Origin: Octopus bimaculoides
Taxonomy: Eukaryota
DNA length: 64,000 nt
Assembly: GCF_001194135.2 (NCBI RefSeq)
Contig: NC_068981.1
Coordinates: forward strand, 4,387,745-4,451,744
Direction: 5' to 3'
In this document: piece after piece, positions 37,661 to 51,470 of the stretch
Position numbering within the stretch: the stretch's first letter is position 1
Layout of the letters: each line of letters starts with the position of its first letter
Position numbers and translations under genes: made by a program
Notes under the pieces: generated by a model
What the model was told of the DNA's origin: nothing
Databases searched by the model: none
The model's input: the letters and a program-made list of their open reading frames with translations, nothing else

Positions 37661-38068
37661 TAGGCACAGGAGTGGCTGTGTAGTAAGTAGCTTGCTTACC
37701 AACCACATGGTTCCGGGTTCAGTCCCACTGCGTGCCACTTTGGGCAAATGTCTTCTACTATAGCCTTGGGCCGACCAAAGCCTTGTGAGTGGATTTGGTA
37801 GATGGAAACTGAAAGAAGCCTGTCATATATATGTATATATATATATATATGTGTATGTGTGTTTCTGTATCTGTTTGTCCCCCAACATCACCTGACAACC
37901 GATGCTGGTGTGTTTAAGTCCCCGTAACTTAGCAGTTTTGCAAAAGAGACCGATAGAATAAGTAGTAGGCTTACAAAGAATAAGTCCTGGGGTCGATTTG
38001 CTCGACTGAGGGTGGTGCTCCAGCATGGCCGCGGTCATATGACTGAAACAAGTAAAAAAGTGAAAGAG
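37661..38068 (+). mobile_element. Full-length SINE family A (young)
   Basis: Near-identical to 60135-60512(-) and 2542-2909(-). Confidence 0.9.
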
Positions 38069-39023
38069 TAAAAGAGTATGGTCAGGTTCCAATTCAGGCC
38101 TTCACTTTTTGGCCTTTCAAGAGCTTATACTGACAGGGGCCACATACCCCTCCTGCAGATTTCATTTCCACGTTAAGTAGAGTTATTGCTGTTTTAAATT
38201 TGTGTCAATCATAAGAAAATGAGAGCAAAATGGGAAAAGGTCACTCTACAGAACACTTCCCACCAACCGATCTTTAGAATGTCTTTTAAAGATGCAGTCA
38301 TGGCTAAGTGCCATAATCCTGAGTGAAACTGTGTGAAGCCTCTCAGATTGGTTGTACTTGTAATTTGAAGGACCAGCAGCCACTTACATGCTGTTACAAT
38401 GAGTAGGTATTGCAGTTCATTGAAAAACTAGTGCTCTGTCCAACCCATGCCAGCACGGACAACAGACGTTAAATGATGATGATGATGAGGCTTTGGCCAA
38501 GATTTGAACCACTTCACTCAGGTTTCCTGTTTAGAACTACAATCTACTTACATCACCATAAAGGGTATGACCAGCTCCTTGAGAGAACGGAACACTCACA
38601 TTTACGAGTCAATCAGCAATGGCCAGCATGTACCAACTAAGGACAGCAAATGTTAAAGGAAAGTTGTGTATGCTTTCTGCCAAACTGTAATTTGAAGGTT
38701 CTAGGAAGTCTTGCCAAAAGGCTATGGAATACTGGTGATTTGAACCCCCACACCAGATCCAACTCAAATTCCAAACTTTGTTCTGTGTGATACATTTCCA
38801 CTTCCATCTGCTTGTCCTTACATAACATATGGTGTATACAAATGTTCAACAAAGGTAATTATCTTTCTATTTAAATGTTGACACACACACACACACATAC
38901 ACAAACAACATCATTCTACATAATTATCTTCTTTTTCCTTTATTTAATAACAGACACATGTCACAGAACATATTTAACAAGAACAGTCTCTTTATTTTCC
39001 ATATTGTAAAGCTTTAAGTACTA

Positions 39024-39240
39024 CAGTAATCCCTCACCATATCGCGGCGCACCTATTGCGGTTTATTATTTACGCTCACATCAATTCCTCCGTGGTGTTG
39101 TTTTGCATTTATAATAAAATAAATATATACAAATCATAAAAAAAAAAATATATACAGTACAATATTGTTTCTACTTCAAGGATTTTCACTTCTCATGGGG
39201 GGTTTGGAACATAACACTCACGATAGTCGAGGGATTACAG
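39024..39240. mobile_element. Tigger/pogo-like MITE
   Basis: TA|CAGTAATCCCTC ... GAGGGATTACAG|TA (12-bp TIR with 1 mismatch, TA duplication). Confidence 0.7.
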
Positions 39241-41312
39241 TACCTACATCCTTACAGAAATGTTTATTAATGACATAAATATTCTTTGTATATTTCGTAT
39301 GTGTATTTCGTGTGCAAGATTCTTGATGTGGATACGTGTGTTGAAAGAAATACAATTAAACCTTGGGAGAGGCATTATGCCGGTAATAAACATATTCTTT
39401 GTATGTTTGTCATATATAAACTGTTTAACATAATAAATGCATGGTAACGTATATCTATTGTGTGGTCATTCTTGTCTATTAACACAACTGCTTACTTAAT
39501 TATTAAGCATCATAAACCATCTAACTACATATTCATCATCAAAATGAAGAAATCCATTTACATATTGTTACCATTGCTGAGACTTTCAGTGTGTGTCATT
39601 CCTTCATTTTTCAACATCTCATTGACATCATCACCTGATCTTTAGAGGTTTTAGTGGGGTCCACTCTGTTGCAAGCATTTGGGTTGGATCTATGGTCTAA
39701 CGTTAAGCTAGAGATCAAGATTACCTTTTGCTATTGATACTGCTTCTGTCACTATTAATTATATCTTAATAAACCCAATCGCTATTTGTGGCACCAGTGC
39801 CTGAAGAGACACTGAGATTTATATCGTTGACAGGAGATTCAGCTGTTATTGTGCTGCTGGACATCTGTCATTGAAGAACCCATAGCAGAATGAAATCATG
39901 TGATCTGGCACTTCCAGCGCCCAAAGCTGATGACTCTCATCTGTCGACGATATAATCCTTTTTGGAACACTGGATCTTGAAGCAAGTAAGCTACAAATAA
40001 TAGTGTCCAAATATTGGGTTAAAAAATTCTTTAGATAGAGAAAGTCAAAGGGTTTTTGACCTAACTTTTATTTATAGCTTATCTGCTTCGAGATCCAACA
40101 TTCCAAAAAAGAATTATTTTATGGTCTCCCAAAGTTTACAAATTCTTATGACAACAACACATACCACACTAAACTCTCAAAGCCAAAGAATGAAGTTCAA
40201 TTAAAATGAAAATATTCATTTTGCTAATTAGAGAAGTAACGAGTAAGATAATTGATAAATTTCATTATTTTTGTAAACTTAATTTTTTAGTACAAATCCT
40301 CTTTTCCAGTTATAAAGAGAAGGTTTATGGATGAAATTATACCATACAACGGTTCATTATAATTCTTGCCACTATGAAATATTTTCCCAGTAAAATATAA
40401 TTTTCTGTACTTTTTCATTTCACTATTCTAAAGAATCTTGAGTCAATAATTAACAGTAAAGTAACAATTAATTAACTCAATTAAATTATAAAATTATATA
40501 TTCCATTTGCATTTTTCTCTTTTACAGTTTCTGAAAAGTAAAACAAGATGATTACAACAGGAATGCCTTTCAATCATACGTCCACTTGCTCAGAGCTGAT
40601 CTCCAGTTAAACTAACACCAACACCACCACCATTATCGTTATTGTCATTGTTTAACCATCCACTTGTCCATGCTTGCATGGGCCAGAAAAAGTTGTATTG
40701 ATGGCGGATTTTCTGTTACTGGATACCTTTCCTGTTGCCAACCTTCACCTGTTTCCAAGCAAAGTAATATCTCCCTATAACCCATTTTTCCTTTGCCTTT
40801 TATCTTTTTTTCCCACAAAATATTGGAAATGATTGACACTGCTTGTATAAGTGATGCTCATGAGTATTTTGTGATGCCAGGATAAAGAGATACAAAAAAC
40901 ACACACAAAATGGGCTTTTCTCAGTTTCTCTCTACCAAATCCATTCACAAGGCTTTGGTTGGCCCAGGGGTGTAGTAAAAGACACTTGTATAAGATACCA
41001 CACAGTGGGACTGAACCCAAAGCCATAAGGCTGGGAAGCAAACATCTTAACCGCACAACCACACCTGTACCTATACTACTACTACTACAATTCCAAACTT
41101 ACAACGGTCTTCTTTGTGAACTCTTGACCTAATCACAACTCAACATATTAATAACAGGACAATGGATATTCAATCTCTCAAAAAAAAATATATAGATGAG
41201 ATGGTCACAGCTGGAAGATTTTTGACCATAGGCTTGCTCAATAAGGACAGATCTGGAATTAAACAAATACTAACTATAACATTGTCGTGTAAACTACATA
41301 ACGAAACATTAC

Positions 41313-41384
41313 CAAGGTTATGAGTAAAAGCTTCAAGTGTTGCAGTTTCACAGACACGTCGCAACAAAATGAACCAGAATGAAA
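41313..41384 (-). CDS. Candidate internal exon (unverified)
   Basis: CTATTTTAG| ... |GTAATG; 72 nt, phase 1 to 1; reads (V)SFWFILLRRVCETATLEAFTHNL(G). No homology recognised. Confidence 0.25.
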
Positions 41385-41469
41385 CTAAAATAGATTAATG
41401 TAATTTATTAATGATCATCAACAAACAAATGTAAGTTATAATAGGAATAAAGATTAACTAAAACCATAC

Positions 41470-41845
41470 ATTTCGAGCATGGCCGTTGATCGTTTCCAAC
41501 GTTGCCTTCCTGGCACTTGTGCCAGTGGCACGTGAAAAGACATTCGAGCGAGATCGTTGCCAGTGCCACTGGACTGGCTCCTGTGCAGGTGACACGTAAA
41601 ATACACCATTTTGAGCGTGGCCGTTGCCAGTACCCGCCTGACTGGCCCTCGTGCCGGTGGAACGTAAAAGCACCCACTACACTCTCTGAGTGGTTGGCGT
41701 TAGGAAGGGCATCCAGCTGTAGAAACTCTGCCAAATCAGATTGGAGCCTGGTGCAGCCATCTGGTTTCACCAGTCCTCAGTCAAATCGTCCAACCCATGC
41801 TAGTATGGAAAGCGGACGTTAAACGACGATGATGACGATGATGAT
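41470..41845 (+). mobile_element. RTE 3' end, young
   Basis: Three hairpin units, conserved terminus and (GAC/GAT)n tail. Confidence 0.8.
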
Positions 41846-42477
41846 ACATTAATATGTATGACCTCATCACAATTTGGTAATGAGCAGGGACGATATCAAT
41901 GGATAGTTTGAAAATTGAATCCAGTATTGGCTAAGTGGTACAGTGTTGTCAGCCCCTCAATAATTTTACAGATCTTTGCTTGGTTATTCCACAACAGCAA
42001 TCTATGTGCGATTCTAACATTCTCCTACATGAATATACAGTAATCAACATCATCATTTTAATGTCCATGTTCCATGTTCCATGATGGTATGTGCTGGACA
42101 ATTTGATGGAATCAGACAGGCCCGAAGATTGCATTGTGCTCGAATATCTGCTTTTGGCATGGTTTCTATGACTGGATGCCCTTCCTAACTCCAACCACTT
42201 TGCAGTTATTTAACAGTGTATACCTTCAAGAAAAAACATCTCTGAACAAATACAGCATTAAATTTGGGTTTCCATGATGTATCTGCATTAAGTACGATAT
42301 ACAGGTTGAAAGGTGTGTGTGTGCAGGCATGTCTACATGGTTATGGAGTTTGCTTTTCACCTACATGGTTTCAGGTTCAACCTCATAGAGTGACACCTAG
42401 GGCAAATGTCTTCCATTATAGGCTTGGACTGATCAACCCTTTGTGAATGGAATTGGTAGGCAGAAACTGATAAGCTT

Positions 42478-42510
<33 letters not shown>

Positions 42511-42876
42511 ATTGTTTTCACATGTCCTCATTAACAACACCTGAACAAAACAATGTCTTCCTTTACAGTCTCCAGTAAGCAAAATTCTTTCAGTTTTTCA
42601 TGGCCCATCACTTTCTATGTGTGGGGAGAGTGGAAAGAAAACATCACATAGGTAAGAGTTGGTAACAGGAAGAGCATCCATCAGTAGAAAATATGCCAGA
42701 ACATTTAACCCATGCCAGCATAGAAAAAAAAGGACATAAATACAACAACAACGATGATGATGATGATGATAAATGTATACGAGTATGCAAAAATGGTACA
42801 AAAACACAAAAGTATCCACTAAAATTTATATTGAAAGTGAACAGAGTCTTTATATATGTTAATTTATGTGAAATAC

Positions 42877-42930
42877 CTGGGATTACAAACCGAGTGGGAC
42901 ATGGATGATAAGTTAAAATGGTGGTGAACT
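42877..42930 (-). CDS. Candidate internal exon (unverified)
   Basis: Pyrimidine-rich acceptor CTTTCCTTTCCATCATACTCACTTGTAG| and donor CAG|GTATTT; 54 nt, phase 1 to 1; reads (E)FTTILTYHPCPTRFVIP. No homology recognised. Confidence 0.3.
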
Positions 42931-43719
42931 CTACAAGTGAGTATGATGGAAAGGAAAGTCTCCTTTCCACAATACTGATGTGCATTAGTCAACTAAAGGA
43001 CTGACTGAATAGAACTACAGTTTAGGTATGTAACCCTTGTTTATCCCCTACCTCTCTCTCTCCCTCTCTCTCATACACATATACACACTCATTGTATATA
43101 GAGAGCAATCACTGATCAAGTAGACCATAACTTGTGGAAGTACTCAAGGCATTATAGAGTTATTAAAGTCTGGCCTTTGAAGAACTACAAGAATGCATTG
43201 AAGCAATTGTAATAAAATATTAATATTTTAATAAAATATGTGGTTAATAAAATATATGCAGGAGTGAGTGTGTGTGAGTGTGTGTGTGGTTGCCAGCAAG
43301 ATACAATTTAGGGAAAAAATATTGGATTTTAAGTATTTATTCAAATATGTCAAATGTATAGTTTCAACCAAATTCTCCCTAAGAGCCATCTGTTTCAAGA
43401 AGCGGCAAAACAGCAGCACCACCACCACCATTATTAACATCTATGAAACTGAGTCAACATGGTAGCCCCCACACAATCATTTGACCTGTCAGAAATAGCA
43501 GCCAAATCTCCCTCAAATAACACCCTACCATCTTCAAAAAACAATCAAAGAGATACATTGGATGATGTAGTCCTTGACACATTATCTCTGAATAAAAGAT
43601 GGAATGATCATGGTTGGAATGTTTTTGATTATAGATTTGACGGTGCCAGGGTTGACTTAGGGGCTACCAATAAACTCCTGTGGCAGAAGAAGTGGTATCC
43701 TCAAATGGAATGACATTAA

Positions 43720-44150
43720 TAGGTAATGAAGTATTGTAAGGCAAGTCAAGAGAGAAAATTTAAAGAACATGGTTCAGTTTGAAGTTTAGGCAGGAACTGT
43801 AGAATAATTCCATATTCCATAAGGCAATATGTAAATTATTTAACCAAAATTAAATAGCAGCACTTCACTTTGTTGATTTAGAAAAACCAATAATACATAC
43901 AGTGAAGAATTTGAGGTGGTAGTAGATATTCATTAAGGCTCCATTCTGAGCCCTTTACTCTTCACATTGGTTCTGCAAACCCTTAATCACAGAATTCGGG
44001 ATCAGGTAAAAACTTCTATAAGAGGATGACTTGTCTCCCATTGCTGAAATAAGGAAGAGTAACAGGAAAAGCTTGAGACCTAGAATCATGGTCTGGAATC
44101 AAAGAGACTCATGGTGGACTTGACAAATACTAATATTCTAATTAGTAAAA
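43720..44150 (+). mobile_element. Degenerate RTE reverse transcriptase fragment
   Basis: HFVDLEK, FEVVVDIH*GSILSPLLFTLVL, KLL*EDDL and GLESKRLMV correspond to the RTE RT motifs FxDLEKAFD, GVHQGSVLSPLLF, LLYADDL and GLESKGL. Confidence 0.6.
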
Positions 44151-44917
44151 ATGATCTTTACAGATCTTTTATGTCATGAAGGCAAGAAGGAAGTGACTAA
44201 AATTCATGTAAGCAGTCTATCATTTATTCTAGCTGTAGTAAATGCAGTGACCCAATTGTTGGTTCATTGGAAACTTGTAAGCAACAATGCCATTGTTCAC
44301 AAAATTCTCTATAAAACAAATAAAACACCTTGAAAAGAGCGGCGAAGTCACTGAGAAGGTTTGTGAACAGCAATGGAAGAACTTTCACTAACAAACACAT
44401 TAAACAAACAATTGATTAGTTAGTTGGTTAGATATTTAATGAATTGACTAACAATAAAGAAGTGATACTGAACCAGTATGTGTGTTTATTATTATTGGCA
44501 TACTGACCCTCCCAAGACACAAGATTTGTTTCAACATAAATTCACATCAAGAATCTTGCAAACCAAATACAAAAACCAAGTATATCCTAGCAATGCAAGT
44601 TCTAATCTCATAATGTCCATGTTTTCCTCAACTACCTTCAACTGTCATCATGTAACACTTTTCTGCCCAGCATTCATCACAACAACTCTATAACAACATC
44701 ATTAGTTTTCTTACTTTTACACATCAAATGAATCATACTTGATTCCTTTCTCTCCAGCCCCAACACATCTTAGGTATACAATTTCCCCATCAAAGTTCCT
44801 GTGCGTATTTCATACAGCAAGCCTTTTTGCAGAGAAAAAGCATCTTATTACTAAAAGAAGTAACAGCTCTCTAAACTTAGTCTTATAGAGAATTATCTAC
44901 AGAAACACTTCTGTTAA

Positions 44918-45338
44918 CCCTTTTGATACCAACCTGCCTGACCCCCCCCCCCCAGTTCTATGANNNNNNNNNNTGCCTGACCCCCCCCCCCCCAGTTCTA
45001 TGATACAGATTTCCTATCTTTAAGTGATCTAAATTAAAGCCTTCCATCAAAATTCCATGCTAATTTATGTACCAAATACCAGATTAACCATAAGGTTATT
45101 TTAGTAAATTTCTCATTGTTTTCAACATTAAATGAAACAAAGTCAGTGGATTTCAACAGAAATGTGCTAACAAAAAGCTAAACGTGATCTAAATTAAAAC
45201 CTTCCATTGAAATTTCTTAATTTATGTTCCAAACACCAGCTTAATAATGACTAAATTATTTTACTAAATTCTTCATTATTTTCAAAACCAATTGAAATCA
45301 AAATTATTTATTTCGACAGAAATATGGTACAAAGGGGT
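44918..45338 (+). mobile_element. piggyBac-like MITE with internal duplication
   Basis: TTAA|CCCTTTTGATACC ... GGTACAAAGGGGT|TTAA. Related copies lie at 54215-54423, ~32575-32745 and ~37372-37545(-). Confidence 0.65.
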
Positions 45339-46680
45339 TTAAAGAAGTAAAATTCTTATATCAAGAATGATATTCTCACTAAGACTGCTGATATTTGAAA
45401 CAATTTAGAGAAGAAACCTATTCGTTCTACTTCTACTGGTTATTCTATAATTGTCTATAATTATTCTATAATTGTGAAGTTAATTAGTAACAGTTGAATA
45501 AGGTGAGATAAGAGTCCAGTATGTAAGTTCTTTGACAACTTATTAGGAAATAACTTCTAAAGTGTGAAGTGTGTCTATGATTGGATATTGACTCCTCGAA
45601 ATTAAAGATTACACCAATTTTTTATTTAAAAAAATATTTTAATTAGCTATGTTATCTTTCAGAATCAACCCTCTTACTCTGAAAGATAATGTACCTGTAC
45701 TTTTGCCTTTTAACACCTGGCATACAGCCATTCACCTCCACCTTTCCCTCCCAAATACATTTTCTTAGCAACCCATGCCAGCATGGAAAACAGACGTTAA
45801 ATGATGATGATGGGAGCTTTTTCCTTCTCTATTTTTTCTACCTTGCAAGATACACGGCAACCTAACTAGTGCCAGTGGTATGAAAAAAAAAACCGAAAAA
45901 AAAACACCCAATACACTCTATAAAGTGATTGGCATTAGGAAGGGCATCCAGCTGTAGAAGCCATGCCAAAGCTGACATTAGAGCATGACACAGTCCTGCA
46001 GCCCGCCAGTTCCCTGTCGAACTGTCCTACCCATGCCAGCATAGAAAGCAGATGTTAAATGATGGTGATGATGATTTATGAAACCAGATGAAAAGTATAC
46101 ATTGGATTTACTTCTATTAAGTCTGGGAGATACAGAAGTCAGTGACAACAATGAACTCGACCAGAGATTACAGAAGAGGAAACCTAAGACAACATTATGT
46201 GTTGTTCAAGAGCTGAACATTTCATTGATTCCAAATACACAAACAGTAAAAATATACTCAGTGAACAAATACGACTATGTTTATTGAAACAATAACCGAG
46301 ACCATCTTTTAATGACTTTGTCAGTTCTCTTAAACAAATATGGAAATATTGTAAATTTCTATATGACTTGGAGAAGATGCTATCAAAGATGTTTTTTTTT
46401 GTTGAGGACTTAACTGGGAAACCAACTGAAAGACAGTTTACCATTGTTTTACCTTGTTTTAGAAAGCTGGGAAGACCTTTATATTTCAGGATACTATTTC
46501 TACAAATACAGTTGGAAGAGTCCACTGTTAGTATTATGGGTGGCATTGTTACAAATAATCGTAATGCTTATGTTGCTGCTGTAGGGAAATCAACTTTTGT
46601 ACAGTCAGAAACAAGTTTTCAATAAGGAAGGAGTGAAAAGCCTTTGTCCGTCCATCTAACTTGGCCATAAAGAATGTGCT

Positions 46681-46711
<31 letters not shown>

Positions 46712-48251
46712 AGAATGTCTTGACTGTGAGATGATAAGACATTTTGCAAAAGCATATATACAAGTTTTGCAATGCTATGGTGCATAAACCATAGTACCAG
46801 TAGTATCGTCAGGTGAAACAAGTGGAAATTTCTTTTGGGAACTAGGTACAATCAGCAGGAACTTATTTGATAGGGAAATTGTCTTTGATTCAGGTAGCTG
46901 TTATAAAAAAGCTTGGGACCAAAAATCACTTGCTAAAATGGGCAACTCCTTCAATTTGAGGACTGCCATGTTATGTTGGCAAACAATCTTTACTCCAGAT
47001 TTCTTTTTGTTGGACAGAAAAGCTTTAGCAACATTTTAGTACAGCTCCATGAATCAAACCTAATATATTATAGATATTTATTTTTATTGACTTAATGGTA
47101 TTAAGAATCAAAGTCAACACCAACATCATTTGGAATTAAATTAGTTATTCTACAAAACTGCTTGTAGCCAAGTACACGGTGAGGCAGAAAAAAACCTTGC
47201 ATAAATTTATCTGCTGCACCCAGCTGCAAGTGAAGTCAGGCAAATATTAATGGTGTCTTCATATTCTTTTACTTTTCAGTCATTCGACTGTGGCCATGCT
47301 GGAGCACCATATTTTATCATTTCTTTTACAGCTACCATCATGGTTCAGACTGGTGCATACCGTGTGTTAACCACTGAAACATTCATTAAGAACGGTGAAC
47401 TTTTGCAGCAGCCCGTGTATTTGATCCATAGTCTCAGTTATGAATCCGAGTGACATACAGAACTGCTTGTAATAAACTATTTAATCCAACGTCTCAACTA
47501 TGCAACCTACTGACATGGTGCAGTGAATAGGAGAGAAAGTCAGAAAGATAAGGAAGTTAGGTTTAACACATAAAGCGCAACGGGCCACGATCATGGCCAT
47601 CAGGCACACATCGACACTGGCCCAGATAGATTTAATTTATGGGCATTTGTTGGGATCTAATGTCACTCAAACGCTCCGATACCCACCAGAATGCAAGAAG
47701 ACTAATAGTTCCACTAATGACTTTTCAGATGATGTAAAACTTGCCACCATTATATACTAAGAAGATTTTTAAACTATTTTTTTGTTTTTTATGTGTGTAT
47801 GGTAGTCTCATTTTCATAAAATGTGCTCGGCAGTCCATGCTATGTAAGAGCAAATCCCAGCACTTTATGGGTTAATACCATTTCTAGCCGCATGGGTGAC
47901 ATGCAATAGTAAATAGGAGAGATCTACAGTCATCTTCTGAAAATGCTTGAATGCCAATGGGTAGGTATACTGATGTAATGATTAACAGAGACAAACAATA
48001 TCAGTTGGTAGTGTTAATATTTTTCTTACTATGGAGAAATTGCACACCCATCCAGTTTGTACCCTTATTTATTTGTTCATAAAGCTTATGACTAGATCAC
48101 TAAGGTTCTTGTTATATGATCAATATTATATAACCAATACGACAGTATCATTGCTCTTTTCCATATTTTCCAATTTATATGATTTGTCACCCATGCATCA
48201 ATGAAGCAGCTGTAAACCATGAAATAAATGTGATATCAACAACCTCATCCT

Positions 48252-48283
<32 letters not shown>

Positions 48284-49048
48284 TTAAAAATATGTGCTGG
48301 ACAACATGTTACCAAAAGGATTGGGTCTATCCTGAGAATGACAATCATATCCCTGGATAGGCCAATGTGTGGAGTTCAAGCCACATCATCATCATCATCA
48401 TTTAACATCCATTTTTCCATGCTGGCACAAATTGAGTGGTTTGACAGGAGCTGTCCAAACTCCAATAGTCTGTTGTAGCATGGTTTCTATAGTTAGATGT
48501 CCTTCCTAACACCAACCACTTTTACAGGGTGTGCTGGGTGCATTTTACATGTCACATCATGTATTAATAAGAAACCCAAAACAAAATGTAATTGGTATTT
48601 TTAAGCTTTATATAACACACACGCATTTCTCCAAGCTGTTTGTCACTACTGTGCAAACCAGATGGCTTGTTGCACAGTTCACTTGCTGAGTTTCCTCTGT
48701 AATACCAGCAATATTTCCCCAGACTTTTCTTTCATATTGTATCAATGTTTTTATATCTATTATATTCAATAATGTATATTTCCTCTAATGCATACAATTT
48801 CTACAGGCTTATCATGCTTTTTAAAAAAGGGGTCATTTATTCATTTATAATTGAATTAGTCAAATATCATCTCCCACGATACCCCAGCCTAATGTTATCA
48901 TTCCTACCAAACAACAAAGACGAAAGCTCATACCTAATGGCCAAGTTCAAGTGAGATCTAGTTTATCACTAACTCATACTTCAATACTTAAAACATATCT
49001 GAACATTTCATTGGACTAAATTACCTGATTTACAGGTAAAAATCATCT

Positions 49049-49913
49049 ATCATCATCATCATCATCATCATCGTTTAACGTCCGCTTTCCATGCTAGCAT
49101 GGGTTGGACGATTTGACTGAGGACTGGTGAAACCGGATGGCAACACCAGGCTCCAGTCTGATTTGGCAGAGTTTCTACAGCTGGATGCCCTTCCTAACGC
49201 CAACCACTCAGAGAGTGTAGTGGGTGCTTTTACGTGTCACCCGCACGAAAACGGCCACGCTCGAAATGGTGTCTTTTATNNNNNNNNNNNNNNNNNNNNN
49301 NNNNNNNNNNNNNNNNNNNNNNNNNNNNNNNNNNNNNNNNNNNNNNNNNNNNNNNNNNNNNNNNNNNNNNNNNNNNNNNNNNNNNNNNNNNNNNNNNNNN
49401 NNNNNNNNNNNNNNNNNNNNNNNNNNNNNNNNNNNNNNNNNNNNNNNNNNNNNNNNNNNNNNNNNNNNNNNNNNNNNNNNNNNNNNNNNNNNNNNNNNNN
49501 NNNNNNNNNNNNNNNNNNNNNNNNNNNNNNNNNNNNNNNNNNNNNNNNNNNNNNNNNNNNNNNNNNNNNNNNNNNNNNNNNNNNNNNNNNNNNNNNNNNN
49601 NNNNNNNNNNNNNNNNNNNNNNNNNNNNNNNNNNNNNNNNNNNNNNNNNNNNNNNNNNNNNNNNNNNNNNNNNNNNNNNNNNNNNNNNNNNNNNNNNNNN
49701 NNNNNNNNNNNNNNNNNNNNNNCGGGTTCCCTCAACTGTTAGGGTGTGGCACTTTTTCACGCAGCTATCCTCCTCCATTCTCACCACATGTCCATACCAG
49801 CGCAATCGTCTCTCTTGCACGCCACAACTGATGCTTCTAATGTTCAGCTTTTCTCTCAAGATACTTACACTCTGACGGGTATTCACATTGACATTACACA
49901 TCCAACGGAGCAT
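49049..49913 (-). mobile_element. RTE LINE 3' fragment spanning an N gap
   Basis: MLRWMCNV...VQERRLRWYGHVVRMEEDSCVKKC at 49724-49913; young 3'UTR and (GAT)n tail at 49049-49279. Confidence 0.8.
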
Positions 49914-49964
49914 ATATATAAAGTATGCTAGTTCTGTATGTGTGTGTGTGTATATATATACTTT

Positions 49965-50727
49965 TTTCTTTTTCTTTTATTTGTTTCAGTCATTTGACTG
50001 TGGCCATGCTGGAGCACCGCCTTTAGTCAAGCAAATCGACCCCAGGACTTATTCTTTGTAAGCCTAGTATTTATTCTATCAGTCTCTTTTGCTGAATTGC
50101 TATGTTATGGGGACGTAAACACAACATCGGTTGTCAAGCGATGGTGGGAGGGGGTACAAACACAGACACACACACGCACGCACACACACACATATATACG
50201 ATAATGTGAAGGCGCATGGTTCAGTGGTTAGAGCATCGAGCTTACAATTGTGAGGTTGTGAGTTTGATTCCCGGACCAGGCTGTGTATTGTGTTCTTGAG
50301 CAAAACACTTTATTTCACGTTGTTCCAGTTAACTCAGCTGTAGAAATAAGTTGCGACATCACTGGTGCCAAGCTGTATCGGCCCCTTTGCCTTTCCCTTG
50401 GATAACATCAGTGGTGTGGAGAGGGGAGGCTGGTATGCATGGGCGACTGCTGGCCTTGCATAAACAACCACGCCTGGACTTGTGCCTTGGAGGGTAACTT
50501 TCTAGGTGCAATCCCATTGTCATTCATGACCAAAGGGGGTACAATATCAATATCAATATACGATGGGCTCCTTTCAGTTTCCACCTACCAAATCCACTCA
50601 CAAGGCTTTAGTCAGCCTGAGGCTATTATAGTCGAAGACACTTACCCAAGGTGCCACGCAGTGGGACTGAACCCAGAACCATGTGATTGGTAACCAAGCT
50701 ACTTACCACACAGCTACTCCTGCACCT
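49965..50727 (-). mobile_element. SINE family A interrupted by a head-B SINE
   Basis: 3' half at 49965-50202 and 5' half at 50556-50727. Confidence 0.8.
50203..50555 (+). mobile_element. Nested head-B SINE with 9-bp TSD
   Basis: ATATACGAT at 50194-50202 and 50556-50564. The uninterrupted copy at ~60345 has a single ATATACGAT before GGGCTT. Confidence 0.85.
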
Positions 50728-51269
50728 ATGCATACACACACACAGAAGATTAATGATGGGAACAGTTCATGCCAACTGTTATCATCAGAAAGCATTTACG
50801 ACCAAGAATTATCAAGTTGTTCATATTAATTAGATGAAGTAGCAACAACCATTAAGTATTGGTGTTTAGTCACATCACAAACATCGCCCAACAACAGAGC
50901 CATCACCATTCGCTTCTCTTTTTCCTTCTCTCCCTGCCCCCACCCCTCTCTCTACTAAACACTTTACTTTCCTCCATGTCTTCCTTACAGGGATGAATTA
51001 ATAAACATGCACAACCATAGCTGATCAACAACGCGCGCGTGCGTGTGTGTGTGTATATCAGATTGGAGCCTGGTGCAGCCATCCGGTTCACCAGTCCTCA
51101 GTCAAATCGTCCAACCCATGCTAGGCATGGCAAGCAGATGTTAAACGATGATGTTGATGATGATGATGATATATGATGATGTTGATGATATATGAATGAA
51201 ATACAGGTATGTATATGTGTGTATGTATGTAATCATATGTATGTGTGAATGTGAAGGTGTGTGCGTGTG

Positions 51270-51309
<40 letters not shown>

Positions 51310-51470
51310 CGAAATATAGGTGTTTAGTTCACAGGTGATCTAAATGGAAAGGAGTATTCTGGGTAATTGCTGAACAGATTACCAAGGTTCCAGGCTTGTA
51401 ACCAAGACAGGAGTTAAGGAACTACGGAACTATTGTAGATTTCTGATACAGCAGATATAAATTTGTTAAA

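Noticed and set aside
32960-38190. Further exon-like peptides (LPCLTYDIQYKLF ~33000, PTDCLVQIEFLGS ~36200, AITLLNVEMKSAGG ~38160) and a possible 3-nt microexon TGG at 36285-36287
   Set aside because: Phases are mutually inconsistent, both strands give equally plausible peptides, and chance cannot be excluded without RNA data.
39722-39992. GC-richer segment with splice-like signals on both strands
   Set aside because: All frames on both strands contain stops between the candidate acceptor and donor.
44935-45005. Direct repeat TGCCTGAC(C)nAGTTCTATGA either side of a 10-N gap
   Set aside because: This is an overlapping contig-end duplication, an assembly artefact.
46080-46620. ORFs at 46078-46287 and 46368-46625 (also 18540-18860 and 19600-19900)
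   Set aside because: Fragments such as YDLEKML resemble heavily decayed LINE RT and are not host genes. They are too degraded to classify.
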